A stretch of 64,000 bases of DNA from Bacteroidales bacterium (GTDB lineage: Bacteria; Bacteroidota; Bacteroidia; Bacteroidales; WCHB1-69). The DNA lies in assembly GCA_017535665.1 (NCBI GenBank), contig JAFXTS010000008.1:7165-71164 (forward strand). Reading direction: 5' to 3'. Shown in pieces: positions 47,491 through 55,737 of the stretch. The position numbers were made by a program, and so were the translations under genes. Positions within the stretch are counted from its first letter, which is position 1, and each line of letters starts with the position of its first letter. The notes under the pieces are model-generated. The model was given only the letters and a program-made list of their open reading frames with translations. It searched no databases and was not told the origin of the DNA.

Positions 47491-47514
47491 AGTGTAGTAG
47501 TTAACTAATACACT
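47491..47514. promoter_or_regulatory. 24-nt near-perfect palindrome AGTGTAGTAGTTAACTAATACACT (22/24 symmetric; core TAGTTAACTA is perfect). Candidate operator of the operon-encoded GntR/YtrA regulator.
   Basis: Lies between a minus-strand TACTTTTG -7 box (47516-47523) and the ABC ATPase ATG (47459). GntR-family operators are GT..AC-type palindromes. Confidence 0.55.
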
Positions 47515-47515
47515 G

Positions 47516-47523
47516 CAAAAGTA
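47516..47523 (-). promoter_or_regulatory. Bacteroidota sigma-A -7 box TACTTTTG (consensus TAnnTTTG) for the ABC/GntR operon
   Basis: Exact consensus match 57 nt upstream of the ATG at 47459. Confidence 0.45.
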
Positions 47524-47639
47524 AATGGAATATCTTTACGATGAATCAATTATTTTAAAATTTTTCTAATTGATAATCAATAAGATATGATTTTATTAAA
47601 GAAAATAATGGATTTTGGGGTGATGTTTTTGGAAGAAAA

Positions 47640-49181
47640 TCAGTGGGAAATGGCAGATTTCGTTTTGGGCTTATTGAGGGAGATGCGCATGGTGGTGCCC
47701 TCCCCTACTACCGAATTTTTCACGAAAAGCTTACCCTTGTGGTACTCTTTAATGATGCGGCGAGCAAGCGTCAGTCCGAGTCCCCAGCCCCTACTCTTGG
47801 AGGTGTAGCCCGGGTTGAAGATGGTTTTCTGTTTCTTGGGCGGGATGCCCTTTCCCGTATCGGTGATGTCGATATGCACATGGCGCGGCTCGTCGGTCAC
47901 CACAATGGTAATGGTGCCGCAGCCGTCCATCGCATCCACAGAATTCTTGCAGAGGTTCTCAATCACCCACTCAAAAAGATAGCGGTTCAATGGGATGATG
48001 ATGTCGGGCGTGTTCTCCGAATCAAAAATGATACTCACTTTGGACGAGATGCGGGTACGCAGGTAGGAGGTGAAATCGCGGATGACCACCACCAGGTTCT
48101 CCTCCTTCAGCTCGGGCACAGAACCTATTTTCGAGAAACGCTGCGCGATGGTGTCGAGGCGTTTCACATCCTTGTCAATCTCATCCACCATAGTAGGATC
48201 CACCTCGCTCTCGCGTAGGATTTCCGTCCAGGCCATCAGCGACGAGATGGGGGTGCCCAGCTGGTGGGCGGTCTCTTTCGACATGCCCACCCACACGCGG
48301 TTCTGCTCCGACCGGCGGGCAAAACTGAACAACAGATAGGCGACAATGACAAAAACAAGGATTATAAACAACTGAATGTAAGGGAAATACCTCAATCTTA
48401 CCAATACTGGCGACTCCTCATAGAACACGAAGCAGCGGCCATGCTCAGGCAGCACCACCTCAATCGGCTGGTTCTTGTTCTTCATGCGGTTGAGCATTTC
48501 CGACAGGCCTTCACCACTGCCCAGTTCTTTTGCATCAATATTGCCCGACAGAATCACTTCGTCCATCGCCTCGTTGGTCACCAGTACGGGAAGGGAGGCT
48601 GTATTCGACACAATTTCTTGAAAGAAAGAACTTTGCAAAGTGTCCAACGCCCCTTTCAAATCGGTGTAAACCTGCGACTGTTTGAAGAAAATCGTCACAT
48701 ACGAAGTGGGGTCGGCAGGGTCGTAATGCAACACTATGGAGTCGTACTCCATCAGGCGTTCGCCCAACTGCTCCACATTGCGCATCTGCTCCACCTCCGG
48801 CGTCTCATTGACCGTATAGGCGATGCTGCCATCCGGAGAGGCCAATATCAAAGGGAACTTATTATTCTTTTTATTATTCTCTATTTCAGAAAGATAGGAA
48901 TTGATTTCCGCACTGGTAGAAGCCTCATTCAGCTTTTGAAACACCTGCGCAAACTGCTGCGCACGCTTGCCTTCCTCCTGCTTGATTTCGTTGAAAAACT
49001 TGTTGGTAGAGTTGACCAACTCGGCCTTGTGTTTCACCGCCTTTGCCCAAAGCTCCACCTTGTTGCGCTCCTCCTGCGCGATGCCCTTCAGCAAAACGCT
49101 GGAATAATAGAGGATAGCCACAAAAGCAGCGAGTGCTAATGCGAACAGCAACCAAGTCCAATATCTTTTCTGGGTTAACAT
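47640..49181 (-). CDS. Sensor histidine kinase (two TM segments, periplasmic loop, HisKA plus HATPase_c)
   Basis: H-box ETAHQLGTPISSLMAW, N-box NLCKNSVDAM, G-boxes DTGKGIP and GWGLGL. ATG at 49181 preferred to the TTG at 49232. No response regulator is adjacent. Confidence 0.85.
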   Translation of the reverse strand: MLTQKRYWTWLLFALALAAFVAILYYSSVLLKGIAQEERNKVELWAKAVKHKAELVNSTNKFFNEIKQEEGKRAQQFAQVFQKLNEASTSAEINSYLSEIENNKKNNKFPLILASPDGSIAYTVNETPEVEQMRNVEQLGERLMEYDSIVLHYDPADPTSYVTIFFKQSQVYTDLKGALDTLQSSFFQEIVSNTASLPVLVTNEAMDEVILSGNIDAKELGSGEGLSEMLNRMKNKNQPIEVVLPEHGRCFVFYEESPVLVRLRYFPYIQLFIILVFVIVAYLLFSFARRSEQNRVWVGMSKETAHQLGTPISSLMAWTEILRESEVDPTMVDEIDKDVKRLDTIAQRFSKIGSVPELKEENLVVVIRDFTSYLRTRISSKVSIIFDSENTPDIIIPLNRYLFEWVIENLCKNSVDAMDGCGTITIVVTDEPRHVHIDITDTGKGIPPKKQKTIFNPGYTSKSRGWGLGLTLARRIIKEYHKGKLFVKNSVVGEGTTMRISLNKPKTKSAISH

Positions 49182-49264
49182 ATAATATATAGTATGCCCT
49201 TTGTGGAAAAATAGGATAGTCTCTTCCAGCAAGGCTATCCTATTTTATTCTGATTATCAAATTA

Positions 49265-49939
49265 TTAAAAATGGAAACCCACCTTGAAGGCCACCTGTCC
49301 CACTTTCATCTTGTTGGGGATGACGTAAGTCTCGTCATAGGTCACACCATCCACTTTCACGCTTTGGCGACCGAGCCAGTAATAGTGGATCCCCACGCTG
49401 ATAAGGTCAATGAAAGTAACACCTAAGCCCGCTTCAGCGGCAAAGGCGGCGTTCATATTATACTTGATAGTACTATTGGACCAACCTTCCTGCGTCTTCA
49501 GGAACAGGTCGCAACCGATACCGGCCTCAGCCCACAAATCCACAATATCACTAAAATCGGTAATGTAGTTGACACCCACAATAATCGGCACGTTCACATA
49601 CATAGGCTTGGTGCAAGAAGCATTGTTATATACCTCACGCACACTCTTGTTCACCATATTACACATCAGGTCGGCAGATGCGAAGACACCCAGACCGAAG
49701 TCGAACACGTAGTTGTATTTCAGGCCGAGGGATGCTCCGAAGGTGGCACCGCCATGGCGGTCGAAGTTGCGAGAGTTGACACCCGGCACCACATAAGCAG
49801 GGGTGTTGTGGAACTCATGCACGGGCATAATGCCGCCCACATGCACGGAAATACCGTGATGATCTGTTTTTTGTGCGGAAACACTCATCACTCCACCCAT
49901 CAGCAGAGCAATTAATAATACCAAACTAAACTTTTTCAT
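49265..49939 (-). CDS. Small outer-membrane beta-barrel protein (OmpW/OprF-N-like)
   Basis: Signal peptide MKKFSLVLLIALLMGGVMSVSAQ. About 8 amphipathic strands. C-terminal ...VAFKVGFHF. Confidence 0.6.
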   Translation of the reverse strand: MKKFSLVLLIALLMGGVMSVSAQKTDHHGISVHVGGIMPVHEFHNTPAYVVPGVNSRNFDRHGGATFGASLGLKYNYVFDFGLGVFASADLMCNMVNKSVREVYNNASCTKPMYVNVPIIVGVNYITDFSDIVDLWAEAGIGCDLFLKTQEGWSNSTIKYNMNAAFAAEAGLGVTFIDLISVGIHYYWLGRQSVKVDGVTYDETYVIPNKMKVGQVAFKVGFHF

Positions 49940-49967
49940 AATCAATTATTTAAAGTTAATATCAATA

Positions 49968-50465
49968 TTACTTTCTACTATTTTTCACCTCTTCCCACAG
50001 GTCGCGCACCGACTCATAACTGTTGCGGAGTTTGTCATCCACCTCCACTATCGGCACCCAAACGGCCTGTGCGATATCCTCTTCCGACTGCGGTGCCAAC
50101 TGCTGGCCGGGCAGAGCCTGCATCTCAAACCAAACAGTCTCCTTGAGCATGGGCGTTCCGTAAGTGCTGTAGGTATGGTAACGGAAGAACTTCCTCTCCC
50201 CCATCACCTCGGCACTCACACCCGTCTCCTCCTTCACTTCCCGCAAGGCGGCGGTCACCACATCTTCACCGGCTTCTACCTTCCCTTTCGGCAGATCCCA
50301 CTTGCCACGGCGGAAAATCATCAGCAGCTCATTAGCATCGTTAAACACCAAGCCGCCAGCGGCACGGATATAGGTAAACTGCTCCAGCAAAGCCTGATAC
50401 TCCTGCTCATTATGCACCAACTGGAAACGATCGGCCGTGAAAACTTTGATGGGAAATTCGGGCAT
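49968..50465 (-). CDS. NUDIX hydrolase
   Basis: Nudix box GKVEAGEDVVTAALREVKEETG. ATG at 50465. Confidence 0.88.
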   Translation of the reverse strand: MPEFPIKVFTADRFQLVHNEQEYQALLEQFTYIRAAGGLVFNDANELLMIFRRGKWDLPKGKVEAGEDVVTAALREVKEETGVSAEVMGERKFFRYHTYSTYGTPMLKETVWFEMQALPGQQLAPQSEEDIAQAVWVPIVEVDDKLRNSYESVRDLWEEVKNSRK

Positions 50466-50476
50466 GGGATATGGAT

Positions 50477-51640
50477 TTATCGTTGGGAAAATGCTTTCAA
50501 CAACTTGAAATAAAAATCGGTGAACAGAATTTTCGCGTTGGCATTGCGCTCGAGGTGGTAGAGCGCGTCGCTGCACTCTTGCAGCAGTTGCGAAGAGTCT
50601 TTGAGGGTAAAAAGCATCCGGAACTCATCGAGCACCTTCCACTCTTCAGAGGTGGCGCGCACCAGCGAGTTGTTGCCCGTATTGAGGAGCAGACTGTTGC
50701 GGAACATGCGGAGCGTGTAGTTGAGGAAGCGCTTCTGCATCTCGCGACCGGCCTGGGCGAGTTCGGTGAGCACGTCCTGCGTCTGCAGATAGTTGATACG
50801 CGCCAAGTCCTTGGCATTCTGGAGGTAGGCGGCGATGCTTTTCATGATGATGTTGTAGTTGGTGAGCAGATGGTGTATCTCGGCGCTATCGTGCAACATG
50901 TTGAGGGCGCGCACATAGCTTCCATCGGAAACTGCGGCGAGGTCGGCGGCCTCCTGCTCCGTCACCCCCTCGCGCTCCACCAGCTGCTGGCGGATCATGG
51001 CCTCCGACAGCGGCGGAATCTTCACCAGCTGCGTACGCGACAGGATGGTGGGCAGCATCTGGTCGCTGCTTTCCGCTATCAGGATGAACAGCGATTGGCT
51101 TTCTGGCTCTTCCAAAGTCTTCAGCAGTTTGTTGGCCGCCGCAATCTGGATTTTATCCGCCATCCACAAAATATAAATCTTATACCCATTCTCATACGAA
51201 CGGATACTATTCTGCATCAAGATATTAGCCGTATCACGGATATTGATAACGACCTGCTTGCGCTCGCTTTTCAGGTGTTTCACCCACTCGTTGTAGTCGA
51301 GGTGATAATCATTTGCAAAGACAAAATCGCGGAAGTAGCCGGCCAGTTTCTCCGAGTCGGGATCCTTATCCACCTCCTCAAAGGTGCAGTTGGGGAAGAT
51401 GAGATGGAGGTCGGGGTACTGCAACTTCTCGAACATCTTGCACGAGTGGCACTGTCCGCACGAGTCGCCGTCGTGGCGGTCGGTGCAGCAGATGTACTGA
51501 GCGAAGGCAAGGGCGAGGGCGAAACTATGGCTGCCGTTGCGTCCTAAAAAGAGCTGCGCATGACTGATGCGGTTCTCATCGGCGAGAGCCACCAGCTGAC
51601 GTTTCAACTCTTCATCTACCAGTACATCTTTGAACAACAT
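50477..51640 (-). CDS. holB: DNA polymerase III subunit delta-prime
   Basis: ISHAQLFLG..GSHSFALALAFAQYICC...CGQCHSC and KTLEEP clamp-loader motifs. Confidence 0.85.
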   Translation of the reverse strand: MLFKDVLVDEELKRQLVALADENRISHAQLFLGRNGSHSFALALAFAQYICCTDRHDGDSCGQCHSCKMFEKLQYPDLHLIFPNCTFEEVDKDPDSEKLAGYFRDFVFANDYHLDYNEWVKHLKSERKQVVINIRDTANILMQNSIRSYENGYKIYILWMADKIQIAAANKLLKTLEEPESQSLFILIAESSDQMLPTILSRTQLVKIPPLSEAMIRQQLVEREGVTEQEAADLAAVSDGSYVRALNMLHDSAEIHHLLTNYNIIMKSIAAYLQNAKDLARINYLQTQDVLTELAQAGREMQKRFLNYTLRMFRNSLLLNTGNNSLVRATSEEWKVLDEFRMLFTLKDSSQLLQECSDALYHLERNANAKILFTDFYFKLLKAFSQR

Positions 51641-51642
51641 AA

Positions 51643-52620
51643 CTATGCGTGCATCAGTTTGTTAATAATATCTTCGATAGAAATGCCTTCCGCCTCAGCC
51701 TTGTAATTTTTAATGATACGGTGGCGGAGGATGTTGACGGCGACGGCGCGCACGTCCTCGATGTCGGGCGAGTACTTGCCGCTAAGCACGGCGTGCGTTC
51801 TGGCACCGATGATGAGGAACTGCGAGGCACGCGGACCAGCACCCCATGCGAGGTAGTCGTTGGCCCACGGGTGAGCACCCGCCGTGTTGGGACGCGTCAT
51901 GGTGGCCAATTTCACCGCATACTGATATACATTGTCGGAAATCGGAATCTTCTGCAACAACTTCTGGTAGAAGATGATCTCCTCCATGGTAAGCACCTGC
52001 TCGGGTTCGGCCATAGCGCCATGGATGGTTGATTTCACGATGTTCACCTCATCGTCGAAGCCCGGGTAGTCGAGCATGATGTTGAACATGAAACGGTCCT
52101 GCTGGGCTTCTGGCAGTGGGTAGGTACCCTCCTGTTCGATAGGGTTCTGGGTGGCCAGCACGAAGAAAGGCTCCGGCAGCTGGTAGGTCACACCGTTCAT
52201 ACTCACCGAACGCTCCTGCATGGCCTCCAACAGTGCGGACTGCGTTTTCGGAGGCGTACGGTTGATCTCATCTGCCAGCACGATATTGGCGAAGATGGGG
52301 CCTTTCACGAACTTGAACTTACGGCTCTCGTCGAGGATTTCGGTACCCATAATGTCCGACGGCATCAAGTCGGGGGTGAACTGTATTCTGTTGTATGATA
52401 AGCTGATAGACTTTGCTATCGTGGTAATCATCAAGGTCTTGGCCAGTCCGGGCACACCAATCAGCAGGGCGTGGCTACGGCTGAACATCACCATCAGGAT
52501 ATTCTTGATGATTTCGTCCTGGCCGACAATCACCTTGCCGATTTCGCGGCGCAGCTGTGCATATTTTTCTACAAACGCCTCAATGGCTTCCACATCATCC
52601 TTGAAATTCAAATCTGCCAT
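51643..52620 (-). CDS. MoxR-family AAA+ ATPase
   Basis: LLIGVPGLAKT (Walker A), VLADEINRTPPKTQSALLEAMQE and ATQNPIEQEGTYPLPEAQQDRF. Confidence 0.9.
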   Translation of the reverse strand: MADLNFKDDVEAIEAFVEKYAQLRREIGKVIVGQDEIIKNILMVMFSRSHALLIGVPGLAKTLMITTIAKSISLSYNRIQFTPDLMPSDIMGTEILDESRKFKFVKGPIFANIVLADEINRTPPKTQSALLEAMQERSVSMNGVTYQLPEPFFVLATQNPIEQEGTYPLPEAQQDRFMFNIMLDYPGFDDEVNIVKSTIHGAMAEPEQVLTMEEIIFYQKLLQKIPISDNVYQYAVKLATMTRPNTAGAHPWANDYLAWGAGPRASQFLIIGARTHAVLSGKYSPDIEDVRAVAVNILRHRIIKNYKAEAEGISIEDIINKLMHA

Positions 52621-52635
52621 AGTACAATAAAGTTT

Positions 52636-53988
52636 TTATTCTGTGATGCCCCACTCTTTCAGGAAGGGGCAGTTCCGATAGTTTTCGTTGATTTTGATAT
52701 TGGTAACAGCGACCTTCTCTTTCAGCCACTTGTCGATAAGGCTCTGCTTTTTCTCTTCGAGGGCGGCACCTTTAATCAGGTCGTAATCCTCGCGGAGGTT
52801 GGGCTTATGGGCGGCCACCTTATTTTTCAGATATACAATACGATAGGCCATCTTGCCATCCTCGTTGACATAGGCCACCGGCTGTGAGTACTCGCCGGGG
52901 ATGAGTTTGCTGACGATGGCGAAGGTGCTGGCATCGAAGGCCTCCTTCTCAAACTTGTAGGAGTTAGTGTAAGGGTTCACCACCCAGCCGCCGCTGTTCT
53001 TGTTCATGTCGTCGGAGAATTCCATGGCGGCCTTGCTGAAGTCCATCTTCTGGTCGATAATCACCTGGCGCACGCTGTCGAGCCACTCGATGGCTTTCAC
53101 CTGCTCCTCGGCAGAGGGCTTGGGTTGCAGAAGGATATGCGCCACATTGATCTTGTCGCCGCGCCGCTCAATCATCTGGATGATGTGGTAGCCGGCCTTG
53201 GTCTGCACGATCTGCGACACTTCGCCGCTCTTGAGGTTGAAGGCCACCGCCTCGAACTCGGGGTAGAGGGTGCCGCGTTCCACGAAGCCGAGTTCACCGC
53301 CGTTGGAGGCAGAGCCTTGGTCGTCGGAATAGAGGCGTGCCAGCATCGAGAACTTGTCGCCGCGCAGCACACGCTCGCGGAAGCCGAGTAACTTCTCTTT
53401 GATGGTAGCAATCTCCTCTTCGCTCACCGGCGGCAGTTTCACAATGTGCCCGATTTCATACGTGGGCTGGATGGTGGGCAGACTGTCGTAAGGAATTTTG
53501 TCGAAAAACTTCTTCACCTCGGAAGGCGTAATCACCACATTTTCAGTGATATTCTGCTGCACACGCTCGGTCATCATCTGGTCGCGCATCACCGGACGCA
53601 TGTCCTTCTTGATCTCGTCGATGGTCTTGTTGTAGGCCTCCTCAATGATCTTGGGATTGCCGCCCACCTGCGCCAACCAATAGTTGAATTTGTAGTTGAC
53701 CTGCGCGTCCACCTCTGCATCGGTGAACTCGATACTGTCGAGTTGCGCCTGGTGGATGAACAGCTTCTGTTTCAGCATGTGCTCGAAAATCAGCATCCTC
53801 GTCTCTTCCTCGTTGTCAATGTCCTTGAGTTGGGCCGCATAGTTGGCATACTCCGCCTCTAACTCCGACTTGGTGATAATCTCCTTGCCCACAACGGCAA
53901 TAATCTCATCAATCGTGCCAGACGATTGCGCCCAAGCTATCTGCAAGCAGTTGATGCAAAAGAGGATGACGATAAAAATCTTTCTCAT
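52636..53988 (-). CDS. SurA-like periplasmic peptidyl-prolyl isomerase (parvulin domain)
   Basis: Signal peptide, a SurA_N-like helical region, and parvulin FSMLARLYSDDQGSASNGGELGFVERGTLYPEFE. Confidence 0.82.
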   Translation of the reverse strand: MRKIFIVILFCINCLQIAWAQSSGTIDEIIAVVGKEIITKSELEAEYANYAAQLKDIDNEEETRMLIFEHMLKQKLFIHQAQLDSIEFTDAEVDAQVNYKFNYWLAQVGGNPKIIEEAYNKTIDEIKKDMRPVMRDQMMTERVQQNITENVVITPSEVKKFFDKIPYDSLPTIQPTYEIGHIVKLPPVSEEEIATIKEKLLGFRERVLRGDKFSMLARLYSDDQGSASNGGELGFVERGTLYPEFEAVAFNLKSGEVSQIVQTKAGYHIIQMIERRGDKINVAHILLQPKPSAEEQVKAIEWLDSVRQVIIDQKMDFSKAAMEFSDDMNKNSGGWVVNPYTNSYKFEKEAFDASTFAIVSKLIPGEYSQPVAYVNEDGKMAYRIVYLKNKVAAHKPNLREDYDLIKGAALEEKKQSLIDKWLKEKVAVTNIKINENYRNCPFLKEWGITE

Positions 53989-54018
53989 TCAGCAAATGGA
54001 TTTGAGGTTGCGAAATTA

Positions 54019-54058
54019 CAAAAAAAAAGAAGACAAAGCCTGCCTTCCTTCTTTTTTT
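54019..54058 (-). terminator. A/T-flanked hairpin downstream of rpmH
   Basis: Minus strand reads AAAAAAAGAAG-(15 nt)-CTTCTTTTTTTTT. Confidence 0.4.
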
Positions 54059-54079
54059 GCCTCAGAAAATTTTTCTCAA

Positions 54080-54238
54080 CTATTTTCTGCCCATGCTTTC
54101 GTCAGAAACGGTGAGTTTTTTTCTCCCTTTTGCACGACGAGCGGCCAACACTCTGCGACCATTAGCGGTGGACATTCTTTCTCTGAAACCATGTTTGTTT
54201 TTGCGTCTTCTGTTGGACGGCTGGAATGTTCTTTTCAT
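54080..54238 (-). CDS. rpmH: 50S ribosomal protein L34
   Basis: [44 protein letters not shown]. Internal ATG at 54238 of the longer ORF. Confidence 0.93.
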   Translation of the reverse strand: MKRTFQPSNRRRKNKHGFRERMSTANGRRVLAARRAKGRKKLTVSDESMGRK

Positions 54239-54276
54239 CTTATTTTGGCTTTTGTTTCTCTTAAATTTTGGGGCTG

Positions 54277-54284
54277 CAAAAATA
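54277..54284 (-). promoter_or_regulatory. -7 box TATTTTTG for rpmH
   Basis: Exact match 38 nt before the ATG at 54238. Confidence 0.45.
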
Positions 54285-54400
54285 CAACTTTTTTTGAAAC
54301 CTACAACATCCTTTAAAAAAAAATCTTTCAACAGCCATTTTTAAATGCGAAAACTCCATTTCTTTTTACCTCTCCCCTGCCCTCATATTGATTTTTTGAC

Positions 54401-54408
54401 TACTTTTG
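54401..54408 (+). promoter_or_regulatory. -7 box TACTTTTG for the DRTGG-PHP-ATPase operon
   Basis: Exact match 60 nt before the ATG at 54469. Confidence 0.4.
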
Positions 54409-54468
54409 CAAATGCATTCATTAGGGCAATAAAATTTTTATCTTGTTCATTATTAATAATTTATAAAA

Positions 54469-54804
54469 ATGACAGTAAAAGAGTTAGTAGAAAAAATGAA
54501 TCTGACCGTCTTCTGCGGACAGGACAATTTGGATCGTGAAATCAAAGGCGGTTATACCTCCGACCTCCTCAGCGATGTGATGGGCTTTGCCCGCGAAGGT
54601 CAGGTGTGGATCACCCTTCAGACGCACAAGAACGTGCTGGCCATCGCCTCCCTCAAGGAGCTCGCTGCCATTCTGCTCGTAAAGGGCAACAAGCCCGAAG
54701 AGGATATGCTGGAACAGGCTATCGACGAGGGTATTCCGGTTCTTGGCACCGATGCCCAGACCTTCGAGACTACCGGCACTGTTTACCAACTGATTAACCA
54801 ATAG
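54469..54804 (+). CDS. DRTGG domain protein
   Basis: GGYTSDLLSDVMG..GQVWITLQTHKNVLAIASLKELAAILLVKG..IPVLGT. 111 aa. Confidence 0.8.
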   Translation: MTVKELVEKMNLTVFCGQDNLDREIKGGYTSDLLSDVMGFAREGQVWITLQTHKNVLAIASLKELAAILLVKGNKPEEDMLEQAIDEGIPVLGTDAQTFETTGTVYQLINQ

Positions 54805-54806
54805 CC

Positions 54807-55556
54807 GTGAACCTCTTCAAGGCCGATTTGCATAACCACACGCTGCTGTCGCCGTGCGGTGACCTCGACATGACGCCCGACTTCATCATCGAGGAGGCGA
54901 AGCGGAAGGGTATTGACGTGATTGGCATCACCGACCACAACTGCACCCGCCACTGCCGGCTGGCCGAGCACTACTCGCACAACCGCGACATCTTCGTGCT
55001 GTGCGGTGCCGAGGTCACGACCAAGGAAGAGGCGCACTGTCTCGCCTTCTTCGAGAACCACGAAACCCTCGACCTCTTCCAACAATTTCTGGACGAGCAC
55101 CTGCCCGACATCCCCAACGTGCCGGACGTGTTCGGCGACCAGGTGCAGATCAACGAGGAGTTTGAAATCGTATATGAGGAGCCCAAACTGCTCACCTCTG
55201 GTCTCGACGTGCCTATCGAAGGCATCGCCGCCAAGGTGAAAGAACTCAACGGCATCTTCATCCCCGCCCACATCGACAAGATGAAAAACAGCGTCATCTC
55301 GCAGCTCGGCTTCATCCCGTTCGACCTGCCCTACGACGCGGTAGAGCTGTCGAAACACGGCGACAAGGACAAAATCCTGCAGCAACATCCCTACCTCAAA
55401 GACAAAACCTTTACCCGCGCCTCCGACGCCCACCTGCCCGATGTGATTGCCACCGCCCCCTGCTGGTTTGAGATGGAAACCCGCAGCTTCGACGAAATCC
55501 GCAAGGCACTCCATCAGGAGGAAGGGAGGAGGGTACTGCTGGAAATTGAAAACTGA
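54807..55556 (+). CDS. PHP (polymerase/histidinol-phosphatase) domain protein (GTG start 3 nt after the DRTGG stop)
   Basis: ADLHNHTLLSPCGDL, GITDHN and IPAHID metal-binding histidines. Confidence 0.82.
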   Translation: MNLFKADLHNHTLLSPCGDLDMTPDFIIEEAKRKGIDVIGITDHNCTRHCRLAEHYSHNRDIFVLCGAEVTTKEEAHCLAFFENHETLDLFQQFLDEHLPDIPNVPDVFGDQVQINEEFEIVYEEPKLLTSGLDVPIEGIAAKVKELNGIFIPAHIDKMKNSVISQLGFIPFDLPYDAVELSKHGDKDKILQQHPYLKDKTFTRASDAHLPDVIATAPCWFEMETRSFDEIRKALHQEEGRRVLLEIEN

Positions 55557-55572
55557 GGAAACTTAGAACTAA
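55539..55572. repeat. Heptad units CTGGAAA TTGAAAA CTGAGGA AACTTAG AACTAAA spanning the PHP TGA stop and leading into the 24-nt repeats
   Basis: Read directly. The stop codon at 55554-55556 lies inside the third unit. Confidence 0.7.
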
Positions 55573-55667
55573 AAACTAAGAAGTTAAGAAACGAAGAAAC
55601 TAAGAAGTTAGGAAACGAAGAAACTAAGAAAATAAGAAATGAAGAAACTAAAGAATGACGAACGAAC
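55573..55667. repeat. Four tandem 24-nt (3 x 8) purine-rich units: AAACTAAGAAGTTAAGAAACGAAG / AAACTAAGAAGTTAGGAAACGAAG / AAACTAAGAAAATAAGAAATGAAG / AAACTAAAGAATGACGAACGAAC
   Basis: Read directly. Lies between the PHP stop (55556) and the ATPase start. Confidence 0.9.
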
Positions 55668-55675
55668 TATTATCG

Positions 55676-55737
55676 CTTAACTTCTTAACTCTAAACTATA
55701 GGCTTTTAACTTGATTAACCTGATAAACTTGCAACTT
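55676..55737. repeat. 8-nt phased pyrimidine-rich array (CTTAACTT CTTAACTC TAAACTAT AGGCTTTT AACTTGAT TAACCTGA TAAACTTG). Its first 12 nt are the exact reverse complement of TAAGAAGTTAAG at 55577-55588.
   Basis: Read directly. It ends at the ATPase ATG. Confidence 0.8.

Noticed and set aside
55557-55658. TGA read-through extension of the PHP protein (33 in-frame sense codons giving an ETKKLRNE-like repeat)
   Set aside because: Only one of the three frames avoids the recurrent TAA/TAG in the repeat, so coincidence with the PHP frame has about a one-in-three prior. There is no SECIS-like or recoding signal that I can recognise. It is kept as a note inside the spacer finding only.
55573-55667. 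Possible CRISPR array (regular 24-nt repeats)
   Set aside because: The repeats are directly contiguous with no spacers. They are purine-only low-complexity sequence, and no cas genes or leader are present in the window.
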